DNA of 64,000 nucleotides, taken from NCBI GenBank assembly GCA_963837955.1, contig CAWIPH010000002.1, positions 704,001 through 768,000 on the forward strand, read 5' to 3'. Origin of the DNA: an uncultured Verrucomicrobiae bacterium (GTDB taxonomy: Bacteria > Verrucomicrobiota > Verrucomicrobiia > Chthoniobacterales > JAFAMB01). The stretch's first letter is position 1; every line of letters starts with the position of its first letter. Below the pieces are notes generated by a model. That model was not told the origin of the DNA and did no database searches. It saw only the letters and a program-made list of their open reading frames with translations. The translations under genes and the position numbers were made by a program. Below are positions 1 through 9,146 of this stretch, one piece after another.

Positions 1-1
1 C

Positions 2-145
2 GAACCGAAGATTAAGTTTTACTTGTTCGGTAAGAGGGAAGGCCTAAATCAGGAGACTCTGGCTAAGGCAAAACAGGAATTGCTGCAATCGCTGACCCAG
101 TTGTGGGAGTGGCTGCAGGAGGATGCAAAGAAACGCGTCGGCTAG
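2..145 (+). CDS. Phospho-sugar mutase (PGM/PMM family), C-terminal fragment cut by the window edge
   Basis: Manual translation gives EPKIKFYLFGKREG...KKRVG*; (SGT)EPKIKFY is the C-terminal alpha-D-phosphohexomutase motif. Confidence 0.75.
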   Translation, partial: EPKIKFYLFGKREGLNQETLAKAKQELLQSLTQLWEWLQEDAKKRVG

Positions 146-214
146 CATTTGCAGGTGTGCCTCAGGATAGCCTGGCCCGCAGCGCCAGGAACAGCCATAG
201 GTAGATGGCCGCCA

Positions 215-678
215 ATCGGCAGATTAATGAACCGAACAAGGTTCTACAAAAGGTCGTAGAGTCAGATTTTTGAACAGGAGGTCGCAGAGATCTCAAAGAA
301 GCTAGTACCTGGTCAAACGTAAGGTCAAATTGCCGCGCCTTTTCAACAATGCGAGCGGTAAAAACCGAATCCCCTCTCTGTGACCTTTGCGATCTCTTTG
401 TTTAAAATTCTGTCTTCGTGTCCTCTTGTTGAACCCAGGATGGGTGCCGATCGGCCGATTAGTGAACCGAACAAGGTTCTACAAAAGGTCGCAGAGTCAG
501 ATTTTTGAACAGGAGGTCGCAGAGATCTCAAAGAAGCTAGTACCTGGTCAAACGTAAGGTCAAATCGCCGCGCCTTTTCAACAATGCGAGCGGTAAAAAC
601 CGAATCCCCTCTCTGTGACCTTTGCGATCTCTTTGTTTAAAATTCTGTCTTCGTGTCCTCTGGTGGAACCCAGGATGG
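215..678. repeat. Tandem duplication of a ~229-bp unit (period 235 bp), each copy with an internal imperfect inverted repeat
   Basis: 215-443 and 450-678 match with about 6 mismatches. AACAGGAGGTCGCAGAGATCTCAAAG is roughly the reverse complement of CTCTGTGACCTTTGCGATCTCTTTGTT within each unit. Confidence 0.9.
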
Positions 679-795
679 CCAACCGCTTTCCTGACACGCT
701 CCTTCGGCGCGGGGGTTCATCATCTCTTTTGCTTGCGGGACCGCCTAGGCTTGGCAGAGTGTCGACTCTTTCCCTTGAGTCGGTTAGACGAATTG

Positions 796-2019
796 ATGAA
801 TAGCCAGCGGAACATTCGGCGGAGCTCTTACGGTCTGAACTCCGGTCTGCTCCCTTTCTGCATCTTCTTCGTCTCTAATCTCTGTTTTGCCGCAGACCCC
901 GCCACCGGCGATCTTCCGCGGCTCGGTGAGCACGCCACCATTTCGTTGGTCACTTATTCACCTGGCGATGAGCTTTATACCGCATTTGGCCATAGTTCGA
1001 TTCGGGTCCGAGACGATGAGCAAGAAATCGATCGACTCTATAATTATGGAACCTTTGATTTCGAGACCGAAGCCTTCTATCTCAAGTTTGCTCACGGCGA
1101 CCTCCTCTACCAATTGGCGGTTGGCTTATCCAATGCCGAAATCAATGAACGAGGCACTCTTGGGCAGGGGGTCACCGAATCAATCCTAAACTTTACCGCA
1201 GATCAACGGCAGCAAATGTTCTTGGAACTGGAGACGAATCTTCTGCCGGAAAATCGCTTTTATCGGTACGATTTTCTTCTGGATAACTGCTCCACTCGGG
1301 TCCGCGACATATTTGAAAAGGTCTGGGGCCATCCGATAGCCGATCCTTCCATAGGTAAAGTTACATTTCGCCAAATGTTGGACCCCTATTTTTTGCGGAT
1401 GCCTTGGATACGTTTCGGAGTTTATCTTTTGCTGGGTGCCGGTGTTGATCGTCTGGTCACACCACGCGAAGCCTGTTTTCTGCCAGACAATCTGGAGTTA
1501 GCGGTTCAGGAAAGTTCAATCGCCAGCAGTCCGTTGGGCGGTAAGCCCATAGTGACTTATCAACCGCGACCGTTGCCTTCCGGGCCGTGGTATTTCCGAC
1601 CAGAATTCGTTTTTTGGGTTCTCGTTCCCCTGTGGATAGTTTGGTGGATCGTCCGGAGGGGTTCGGCTTCTCCTCTTATTTCCGGGCTGGTCATTTTCTT
1701 TTTCGGGGCGGTCGGGATGTTTCTTCTCGTTTTCGCTGCGAACACCCTCCACTGGGAGGCTTACGATAATTGGAATCTTGGCTGGTTGGTACCGACCCAT
1801 CTGCTCGCAGGCATTTGCGTCATCTTTGTTCGGCGAAGATGGCGATCCTGGCTTCGGGTTTATTTGGCTTTTGCCTTGGTTGAAATTGCGCTATTTGCGG
1901 TCGCGTCGCCCTGGTTGCCGCAACAGTTTCATCATGCCATTTATCCGCTCGCGATCTTGCTGGGTTGGCGCTGTGCCATTGAGCTTTACCGGAGCCCTGT
2001 TCAGGAGGCGGTGGAGTAA
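796..2019 (+). CDS. DUF4105 / Lnb-type lipoprotein N-acyltransferase-like membrane protein
   Basis: Motifs SPGDELYTAFGHSSIRV, YNYGTFDF and YRYDFLLDNCSTR (His...Cys), followed by C-terminal TM helices. Start placed at ATG 796 because the ORF upstream runs through the repeat. Confidence 0.75.
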   Translation: MNSQRNIRRSSYGLNSGLLPFCIFFVSNLCFAADPATGDLPRLGEHATISLVTYSPGDELYTAFGHSSIRVRDDEQEIDRLYNYGTFDFETEAFYLKFAHGDLLYQLAVGLSNAEINERGTLGQGVTESILNFTADQRQQMFLELETNLLPENRFYRYDFLLDNCSTRVRDIFEKVWGHPIADPSIGKVTFRQMLDPYFLRMPWIRFGVYLLLGAGVDRLVTPREACFLPDNLELAVQESSIASSPLGGKPIVTYQPRPLPSGPWYFRPEFVFWVLVPLWIVWWIVRRGSASPLISGLVIFFFGAVGMFLLVFAANTLHWEAYDNWNLGWLVPTHLLAGICVIFVRRRWRSWLRVYLAFALVEIALFAVASPWLPQQFHHAIYPLAILLGWRCAIELYRSPVQEAVE

Positions 2020-3516
2020 ATGAAAATGCGCATAGTCTGGCAGATTGGGGCGAGCTTGGTGAGTGGCGTGTTGCTCGCTGCAGCGTTCCCGCCTTGGAAC
2101 ATATCTTGGCTTCTTTGGATTGCGTTCGTCCCCGTCTTGGCCGGTTTACTGATAGGGCGAGGACCCGCGCTGCTATTACTCATTCAAGGGGCGATCTTTT
2201 CCGCGACATTTGGCTTCATCACGTTCAGTTGGTTGGGGGCTGAGGGGCGGTGGAGCGAGCTGGTCCAAAACGCCGGGACGCTCATCGGGATAGGATCCAT
2301 TTGGGCCTGGGTCGTTGGGACGTTTGGCGTGCTTCCCGAGTTTCGCAGAGAGAAGAACAGCAAGAAGAAATCGCTCGAACCAATCCTGGTTGGCGCCGGA
2401 AGCTCGGCCCAAGGTTGGATGGGTTCGGGAGCGCATCTTCGCCTCGCGGCACTCGTTGCGTCGGCTTGGACTGTCCTGGAATGGGCCCGAGGCTTTCTTC
2501 TGCCCGTCTGGAATCAAGTCGGAATACCACTGGGCGACAACCTGGCGCTGCTTCAACTCGTGAAGGTGTCCGGCCCTACCGGACTAACCTTCGTTGTCGT
2601 GTTCGCTAATACAATCCTACTTGCTAATATCAGGCGCTTCGCTCTTCAGCCCGGGCGAATGAATTGGGCCGGACGATTTGATGTGACTGTGACGTTGGCG
2701 TTGCTATTGCTCGTGGCGGCAGCCGGATTTTGGTCCTTGCGGTCCGCCCCGGAACCGAAGGGACTAAAGGTTTGTATAGTTTCCTCGCCGTCGACTGATC
2801 TCAATCGTTTGACCGATCTTTCTCTCTTGGCGCCGCCTACCTGCGATTTGGCCGTCTGGCGCCGGACCCTATTGCACAGCGGTGATTATCAAGTTTTGAC
2901 GAAGGCTTCCCTCGGGCAAACCATTGCACTGATTGCCGGAACCGCCCCCTCGCCGGACGCGCCGCTAGCCGGATATAACGTGTTCACGCCCGGATCGGTC
3001 CGAAGCGTGCTTGTTTTTGCGTCGCGTCCGCTTTTTCAATTGATGACCGATCGGGGTTTGCGAAATCCTGAGCCAGTCAAATGTAAGGATACTGCGGTGT
3101 TGCCGTTCGTAGGCCAGGACGCCGGATCGCTTGAGTTATTCCGCGCCGCCGTGCAAAAACAAATTCATTGCTTCGTTGTTCTGGTCGACCAACCAACGGC
3201 GGTCGCGACCGAAGAAGTGCAACTAAAACTGAATCTTCGGGTCTGGACAGTTGCACTGGGGCGTCCGGTTGTGTTCAACTCGCGTCGAGCGGGAGCTTTC
3301 CTGATGACTAGCTCCGGACGAGTTCCGGCATCAATAGATCCGGAAGTCGAAGGAGCGACCGTCGGGGAGATTGATCCGCCGGTGGGGGATGACTCTTCCT
3401 ACTACGCGACCTACGGCGATTGGTTTGCGATTACCGTGGGCGTGCTCGCGCTCTTTTTGGCCTTGAGTGAAGGCTTGAAGAAGTTTTATGCGGAACCTCG
3501 TCGTTTCCATCCATGA
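2020..3516 (+). CDS. Apolipoprotein N-acyltransferase (Lnt)-like membrane protein with a degenerate nitrilase domain
   Basis: Lnt-type N-terminus (SGVLLAAAFPPW, WTVLEWARG, W-x3-G) and C-terminal YxxYGDWF plus TM helix. The catalytic WPE, K-x2-LVPFGE and ICYE motifs are not recognisable. Confidence 0.7.
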   Translation: MKMRIVWQIGASLVSGVLLAAAFPPWNISWLLWIAFVPVLAGLLIGRGPALLLLIQGAIFSATFGFITFSWLGAEGRWSELVQNAGTLIGIGSIWAWVVGTFGVLPEFRREKNSKKKSLEPILVGAGSSAQGWMGSGAHLRLAALVASAWTVLEWARGFLLPVWNQVGIPLGDNLALLQLVKVSGPTGLTFVVVFANTILLANIRRFALQPGRMNWAGRFDVTVTLALLLLVAAAGFWSLRSAPEPKGLKVCIVSSPSTDLNRLTDLSLLAPPTCDLAVWRRTLLHSGDYQVLTKASLGQTIALIAGTAPSPDAPLAGYNVFTPGSVRSVLVFASRPLFQLMTDRGLRNPEPVKCKDTAVLPFVGQDAGSLELFRAAVQKQIHCFVVLVDQPTAVATEEVQLKLNLRVWTVALGRPVVFNSRRAGAFLMTSSGRVPASIDPEVEGATVGEIDPPVGDDSSYYATYGDWFAITVGVLALFLALSEGLKKFYAEPRRFHP

Positions 3517-4240
3517 TGTCTCGCCGCTGACGCAAGCAAGTTGCCGGCGGATCTTAGACGATTTGCGAGAGGTTGGCGTTCCAACGACGTCGCTGCTCAT
3601 CATTCCCAATCACCATCAGCGCGCGCCAGTCATCGACCATCAGGAGTTTCAAGACTGGTTAAAGGCAACGGTCGATGAAGGTCATGAGCCGATCTTACAC
3701 GGTTACTTTCACGCGCGAACTCCGAAAAATACGGATGCCGGAATCGTAAAATTTACGAACCAGATTTATACAGCTGGAGAGGGAGAGTTCTACGATCTCG
3801 ATCGAATGGAAGCCTCTCGTCGATTACGGCGGGGCTTAAACGATCTGGAGTTTCTGCAAAGACCGATTTCCGGATTTGTGGCTCCGGCTTGGCTACTCGG
3901 GTTTGAAGCGGAAGCGGCCGTGCGGCAGGTCGGTTTCCGTTACATCACAACTGTCGGTTCTGTAAACGTGTTTGATGGCGTTCATCGTTACGTGTCCCGC
4001 TCCTTAGTCTGGAGCACTCGGTCTTCCTGGCGGCGCATGATGAGCCTGGCCTGGAACCAGGGTCTGATCTCCCGGATGCGCGAGAGGTCACTGTTGCGGA
4101 TTTCCATCCATCCTTCCGACCGAGAGATTCCCGTGGTCTGGTCTCAAGTGAAAAGTGTGGTTACTTCCGCGCTGGAGGACCGAAGGCCGTTGACGTACGA
4201 GAAGTTCATTGCCAACCATCTCGATCCAACCGACGCTTAG
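3488..4240 (+). CDS. Polysaccharide deacetylase-like protein (DUF2334, CE4-like)
   Basis: VSIHDVSP, LHGYFH, EGEF, GFVAPAW and RISIHP motifs. Confidence 0.8.
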   Translation: MRNLVVSIHDVSPLTQASCRRILDDLREVGVPTTSLLIIPNHHQRAPVIDHQEFQDWLKATVDEGHEPILHGYFHARTPKNTDAGIVKFTNQIYTAGEGEFYDLDRMEASRRLRRGLNDLEFLQRPISGFVAPAWLLGFEAEAAVRQVGFRYITTVGSVNVFDGVHRYVSRSLVWSTRSSWRRMMSLAWNQGLISRMRERSLLRISIHPSDREIPVVWSQVKSVVTSALEDRRPLTYEKFIANHLDPTDA

Positions 4241-4261
4241 GCGCCCCTGGCGAATTCATGC

Positions 4262-6664
4262 ATGGCTGCAAAAGTTGATCTGCATCTGCACTCACGTTTC
4301 AGCGATCGCTCGGTGGAGTGGCTGTTTCGACGGTTCGAATTTCCCGATAGCTACTCCGATCCTCGCAACCTGTACAAGCGGTTGCGGGAAAAGGGGATGT
4401 CGTTCGTTACGTTCACGGATCATAATCGAATCGACGGTTGCCTTGAAATAGCCGATCAGCCTGACACTTTCATAAGCTGCGAAGTCACCGCGGAATTTCC
4501 GGACGACCAAGTCGCCGTCCATTTATTAGTATGGAATATCACCGAAACGGAGCACCGCGAGATGCAGCAACTGCGGCGAAACGTTTATGAGTTACAGGCT
4601 TATCTAGCGAGCCGTAAGATCGTCCACGCGGTCGCTCATCCGTTTTACGATAAGGATAGACGCTTAACGGCTGATCACGTTCAGAAACTAGTTCTGCTCT
4701 TTAAGCATTTCGAAGGAGTGAACGGACTCCGCGATTCTTTGTTAAGCGAGGTCGCCCGGTTCGTTTTTCGATCGCTAACACCTGACCTGACCGCGAGGTT
4801 CGCTGACAAACAAAAGCTGGCGCCGACCCACGACGAGCCATGGCGCAAGATCTTGATCGCTGGTTCAGATGACCACGCCGGGATCTTTCCCGCGTCGGCT
4901 TACACGGAAACTCCAACCAGTGAGAGCATCGCTCAATTTCTCCAGCACATTCAGCATGGCGATTGCGTGGTTCGAGGGCCCGGTGGCACTCCGCTCACCA
5001 TTGCCCACGGCCTCTACAATACCACCTATCAGTTTGCCAAAGATAAGTTTTCCGCGGCGGTCAGCCCGAATCTCGATTTTCTCGAGGTGGTCTTTTCCCG
5101 CTTCATGGAGGGAAAGAATCCGACCCAATTCACTCTCGGCGAAAAAATCGGTCTCATGTTCAGCGGTATTCTCTCCGGGAAGATTTTCGAATTGGCTCGC
5201 CCTTCTAATCTCTCGATTTGGCCGGAACTTGCCACCTATTTCGGAAGCGCCAACGTCCAAGCGCAGCTCGCTCGAGAGACCGAAGGAGTGAAAGAGCCGG
5301 AAAGACGGGCCTTTCTCCTGGTAGCGCTGATCTTCAATCAGCTTGGTTTCCGTTTCTTCGATAAATTCATCCAACAGATTACCAGTGGCAACGTGATGGA
5401 GGCGATGCAGACACTCAGCGCGCTTTTGCCCATGGGTATGTTGCTTGGGCCTTACTTTTACGGTTTTCACAGCCAGGCACCATCGCGACGACGTTTGACC
5501 GACATTTGTGCCGGCACCGTAAACTTCGTGCCGGATGTTCTCCAAAATACGAGACGCGCTTGGTTCACGGATACTCTCGAGGATGTCAACGGGGTGACGA
5601 CCACAATCCGTAAGATGACGGCAGCCGGCCTGGAATGCGGCGCCGATCTTATCGTGGTGACTTCGCGAGAGCAGATCAGTCTGACCGATATTCCGATCAA
5701 GAATTTTATCCCGATCGGCGAGTTTGAACTTCCCGAATACGAACTACAGAAGCTTAGTTTCCCGCCCGTGCTGCACATGATTGATTACATTCAGCGAGAG
5801 CGTTTTACTGAGTTGATCATTAGCACACCAGGGCCGGTTGGCCTCACCGCACTGCTTGCCGGGAAGGTGCTCGATCTGAAGACCACCGGTATTTATCATA
5901 CCGATTTTCCGCAATACGTTCGGATACTGACCCAAGACAATTACATGGAAACCCTGGCCTGGAATTTCATGCAATGGTTCTATTCGCAACTTGATCTCGT
6001 CTACGTTAATTCCGAGAACTATCGCCAACGTTGGATTGAACGAGGGATTGCTCCGGAAAAGCTGAAGATTTTTCCGCGTGGCTTGGATCAACTCGAGTTT
6101 AACCCCAAGCTGCGCAATCCTAAATTCTGGACCCAATTTGGAAAAGAGCCGGAAGATATCGGTTTGCTTTATGTAGGTCGAATTTCGAAAGAGAAGAATC
6201 TCGATGTTGCCGTCGCGGCCTTCCGGCTGCTTCGTCAACAAGGATTGGCGGTTCGATTGCTGGTAGTTGGCGATGGGCCGTATTTGAAGGAGCTGATGGA
6301 CCTGGCGCCGGAAGCTTGTTACACCGGGTATCTCAAGGGCAGAGAATTAGCGACTGCCTATGCCTCGAGCGATATCTTTGTTTTCCCGAGCACGACTGAC
6401 ACTTTTGGTAACGTGGTGATCGAGGCCCAAGCTGCCGGTCTGCCTTGCGTCGTTTCGGATCAAGGGGGTCCTCATGAGCTGGTGGAGGATGGAGTAGACG
6501 GACTTGTGACGCGCTCGCTTGATGTGGAAGACTTCGCCAAGGCGGTACGACGCTTAGCCCTGGATGAAGGTCTCCGGCGGGGAATGGGACAGCGCGCTCG
6601 CGAGCGAGTGCAGGACCGAAACTGGAGCCACGCATTTCGCCAATTTTGGAATGAGACGTTGTAA
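4262..6664 (+). CDS. PHP-domain plus GT4 glycosyltransferase fusion
   Basis: N-terminal DLHLHS, TDHN, AHP and GSDDH (PHP metal ligands); C-terminal YVGRISKEKN and FPSTTDTFGNVVIEA (GT-B/GT4). Confidence 0.85.
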   Translation: MAAKVDLHLHSRFSDRSVEWLFRRFEFPDSYSDPRNLYKRLREKGMSFVTFTDHNRIDGCLEIADQPDTFISCEVTAEFPDDQVAVHLLVWNITETEHREMQQLRRNVYELQAYLASRKIVHAVAHPFYDKDRRLTADHVQKLVLLFKHFEGVNGLRDSLLSEVARFVFRSLTPDLTARFADKQKLAPTHDEPWRKILIAGSDDHAGIFPASAYTETPTSESIAQFLQHIQHGDCVVRGPGGTPLTIAHGLYNTTYQFAKDKFSAAVSPNLDFLEVVFSRFMEGKNPTQFTLGEKIGLMFSGILSGKIFELARPSNLSIWPELATYFGSANVQAQLARETEGVKEPERRAFLLVALIFNQLGFRFFDKFIQQITSGNVMEAMQTLSALLPMGMLLGPYFYGFHSQAPSRRRLTDICAGTVNFVPDVLQNTRRAWFTDTLEDVNGVTTTIRKMTAAGLECGADLIVVTSREQISLTDIPIKNFIPIGEFELPEYELQKLSFPPVLHMIDYIQRERFTELIISTPGPVGLTALLAGKVLDLKTTGIYHTDFPQYVRILTQDNYMETLAWNFMQWFYSQLDLVYVNSENYRQRWIERGIAPEKLKIFPRGLDQLEFNPKLRNPKFWTQFGKEPEDIGLLYVGRISKEKNLDVAVAAFRLLRQQGLAVRLLVVGDGPYLKELMDLAPEACYTGYLKGRELATAYASSDIFVFPSTTDTFGNVVIEAQAAGLPCVVSDQGGPHELVEDGVDGLVTRSLDVEDFAKAVRRLALDEGLRRGMGQRARERVQDRNWSHAFRQFWNETL

Positions 6665-6802
6665 TCCTCGCTCCACCGGCAGGCGAAAGCCTGACTCAGC
6701 CGATGCGGATCGGTTTGAAGCTGCGATAATCATCTGTAAAAACGATGCTAGAAATTTGTTTATCGATTAAGATAATGACGAAACCGCGGGTAGGCTCGGG
6801 TC

Positions 6803-6979
6803 ATGAAAGCAATCAAGATCCCGGTCATCGCCTTCGTCACTCTTGGGTTGATCAACCTTATCAGCTTCGTTTACCTGGTCGGAGAGTCGCACTATCATGT
6901 CTCAACGGCCGCGCCTGAGTATTACGGAGTTTCCGGTTATCCTCAGGAACTCTCTTCCTGGTTCTCTGGGCGGCCCTAA
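6803..6979 (+). CDS. Small 58-aa putative membrane-anchored protein (below the ORF-track cutoff)
   Basis: MKAIKIPVIAFVTLGLINLISFVYLVGESHY...GRP*: basic N-terminus plus one hydrophobic helix, filling an otherwise empty gap. Confidence 0.45.
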   Translation: MKAIKIPVIAFVTLGLINLISFVYLVGESHYHVSTAAPEYYGVSGYPQELSSWFSGRP

Positions 6980-7027
6980 GTTTTCCGTTGCATACGCCTG
7001 ATTTCCCGCTACCTTCCTTGCTCTTTT

Positions 7028-7297
7028 ATGGCGAAGAAAGCTTGGATCGAAAGGAATAAGCGCAAGCAAAAGACCGTGCAGAAGTATGCCGCACTTCGGG
7101 CCGCACTGAAGGCTAAAGGCGACTACGAAGGGCTTGCCCAGCTTCCGCGTGACGCCAGTCCGACCCGCTTAGTCAATCGCTGTGAACAGAGCGGCCGTCG
7201 TCGCAGTTTCATCAGGCGTTTTCGCCTCTCGCGAATCGCGTTCCGCGAGTGCGCTTCTCAGGGATTAATTCCTGGGGTTACAAAGTCGAGTTGGTAA
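7028..7297 (+). CDS. rpsN: 30S ribosomal protein S14, 89-aa form without the full zinc-ribbon cysteines
   Basis: MAKKA...[14 protein letters not shown]...[11 protein letters not shown]. Confidence 0.95.
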   Translation: MAKKAWIERNKRKQKTVQKYAALRAALKAKGDYEGLAQLPRDASPTRLVNRCEQSGRRRSFIRRFRLSRIAFRECASQGLIPGVTKSSW

Positions 7298-7298
7298 T

Positions 7299-7453
7299 CC
7301 TGACCGAAGCGCCCGCAGACTGACCGGTGGACATTCCGGCCGGGGTTTATTGCGTCCCCGCGGTAAGTTCTTTGCCGCTATCGTTAAGTCGACAAACCCG
7401 ACACCTAGTGCATCGTCTTGTACTGACGAAACGACCGGGATGGGGAGCACAGG
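7299..7453 (+). ncRNA. Candidate structured RNA of unknown family between rpsN and the CNNM transporter
   Basis: Several complementary segments: 7360-66/7372-78, 7381-85/7430-34, 7388-91/7399-7402, 7413-17/7425-29, 7333-42/7432-41. No match to a family I recognise; strand is assumed. Confidence 0.25.
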
Positions 7454-7554
7454 CTTTTGAAATATCGGATCCGATCCGGATCTGTTATTTCAAGATTCTG
7501 TTGATCCGCTGGGATAGAGGTTAGAATGAGGATTGCAGAATCCCGCTGAGGAGA

Positions 7555-8982
7555 GTGCAGGTAGATTTGATGATAATTGGTTCGCTGGTCGGCACTGGGT
7601 CAGAGCTGCTCGATGTCCAGGTGGAGTTCGCCTCACCGAGCGTCGTGATTCTGAACGCCTTGATCATCCTGGCGCTCGTTTTCTTGAACGGATTTTTTGT
7701 CGCGTCAGAGTTTGCCCTGGTCAAGGTGCGTTCCAGCCAGCTTGACGCTCTGGAAGACGAGGGAAACAAACGCGCAGCCTTTGTGCGTCACGTTATTTCC
7801 AACCTCGACGCCTATCTCTCTGCTACGCAGCTGGGAATCACGCTATCGAGTCTTGGACTGGGTTGGATAGGTGAACCATACGTGGCTCAACTCTTTCAAC
7901 CGCTGCTTAGCCGGATCGGCGTGACTTCACCGGCGGTGATCAACGGGATCTCCTTCACAGTCGGATTCTCACTGATCACCTATCTCCATATCGTCTTGGG
8001 CGAACTAACGCCAAAAACCTTAGCGATCCGCAAATCTCTGGGAACCAGTTTGCTAGTGATCGCGCCTCTGCACCTGTTCTATACGATCTTCCGCCCGGCG
8101 ATTTGGTTTCTGCAAATGTCTGCCCGGTTTATCTTGAAAGTTGTCTTTCGAGTGGACCCAGTGGCCAACCATGAGCTGGCTCACAGCGAAGAGGAATTGC
8201 GAGTCATCCTTACGGAAAGCGAATCCCAAGCTGAGGTCACGCCTTTGAGCAAGGAGCTACTCATCAACGCGCTCGACTTTCGTCGACGCGTGGTGCGTGA
8301 CATCATGACGCCACGCGGTGACGTGATCTACTTAGATATTCAGGATTCCTTCGAAACGAATCTGCAGGTTGCCTTCGAATCAGGGCACACGCGTTTTCCT
8401 TTAGTACAAGGCCACTTGGACAACACGGTTGGACTAATTCACATCAAAGATCTGATGCGGGAAATGAAGAAGCCGAAACCGGATCTGCTCAGTGTGAAAC
8501 GCGATTTGATGCCGGTACCCGAATTCATGCCGTTGGAAAAGCTGTTGAAGGCTTTTTTAGCAAAACGGGCGCATTTTGCCGTAGTGGTGGATGAATACGG
8601 GGGCGCTGTGGGCATTGTAACTTTAGATGATGTCCTGGGTGAACTGGTTGGTGAAATCAAAGATGAATTTGACCAGGAACAAGCGCGCGAATTTGTCCGG
8701 CTTAACGACGAGGAGTTTGTCGTCCAAGGACAGCTCAACCTTTATGAACTCCAAGAGTTGACCGACCTGGATCTCAAGAACTCTGATGTCAGCACCATCG
8801 GCGGCTACGTCGTGCAGTTGCTCGGGCACTTGCCGCGCCAGGGAGAGCAAGTACGAATTGAGGACTACCTGGTTACGATTACTCAGACCGATGGTCGTCG
8901 GATTCTCCAACTGCACTTCAAGCGGGATCAGGCTGCGCAAAAGGATAAAGTTGGGGACGAATTGAAAGAATCCAGAAGCTAG
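7555..8982 (+). CDS. Hemolysin-family CNNM/CorC (CBS + CorC_HlyC) Mg/Co transport protein
   Basis: NGFFVASEFALV, ATQLGIT, GELTPK, IMTPR, GHTRFP and VVDEYGG motifs. Confidence 0.92.
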   Translation: MQVDLMIIGSLVGTGSELLDVQVEFASPSVVILNALIILALVFLNGFFVASEFALVKVRSSQLDALEDEGNKRAAFVRHVISNLDAYLSATQLGITLSSLGLGWIGEPYVAQLFQPLLSRIGVTSPAVINGISFTVGFSLITYLHIVLGELTPKTLAIRKSLGTSLLVIAPLHLFYTIFRPAIWFLQMSARFILKVVFRVDPVANHELAHSEEELRVILTESESQAEVTPLSKELLINALDFRRRVVRDIMTPRGDVIYLDIQDSFETNLQVAFESGHTRFPLVQGHLDNTVGLIHIKDLMREMKKPKPDLLSVKRDLMPVPEFMPLEKLLKAFLAKRAHFAVVVDEYGGAVGIVTLDDVLGELVGEIKDEFDQEQAREFVRLNDEEFVVQGQLNLYELQELTDLDLKNSDVSTIGGYVVQLLGHLPRQGEQVRIEDYLVTITQTDGRRILQLHFKRDQAAQKDKVGDELKESRS

Positions 8983-9011
8983 AATTTCGGTCAGGATGCG
9001 TTACCGGGATC

Positions 9012-9135
9012 GTAGCCTGATCCTCCCGGCTCAGGAATCCTCGGCGGTCTGAGCCTGTGAGGGCATTTGCGGTGCACTCCCTGAGGCTGGAGCATCAGAC
9101 TACTCTAAAAACGGGCGCGCGGGGAGCGCATCCCT
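9012..9135. repeat. REP-like inverted pair (GTAGCCTGAT family) plus an adjacent GC-rich palindrome
   Basis: GTAGCCTGATCCTCCCGGCTCAGG (9012-9035) pairs with CCTGAGGCTGGAGCATCAGACTAC (9080-9103). Related copies start at 47237 and 52507. Confidence 0.8.
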
Positions 9136-9146
9136 TTGCCTAAATT

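Noticed and set aside
622..795. Longer start for the DUF4105 gene and small ORFs at 343-803
   Set aside because: They overlap the duplicated repeat; the signal-peptide-like segment follows ATG 796.
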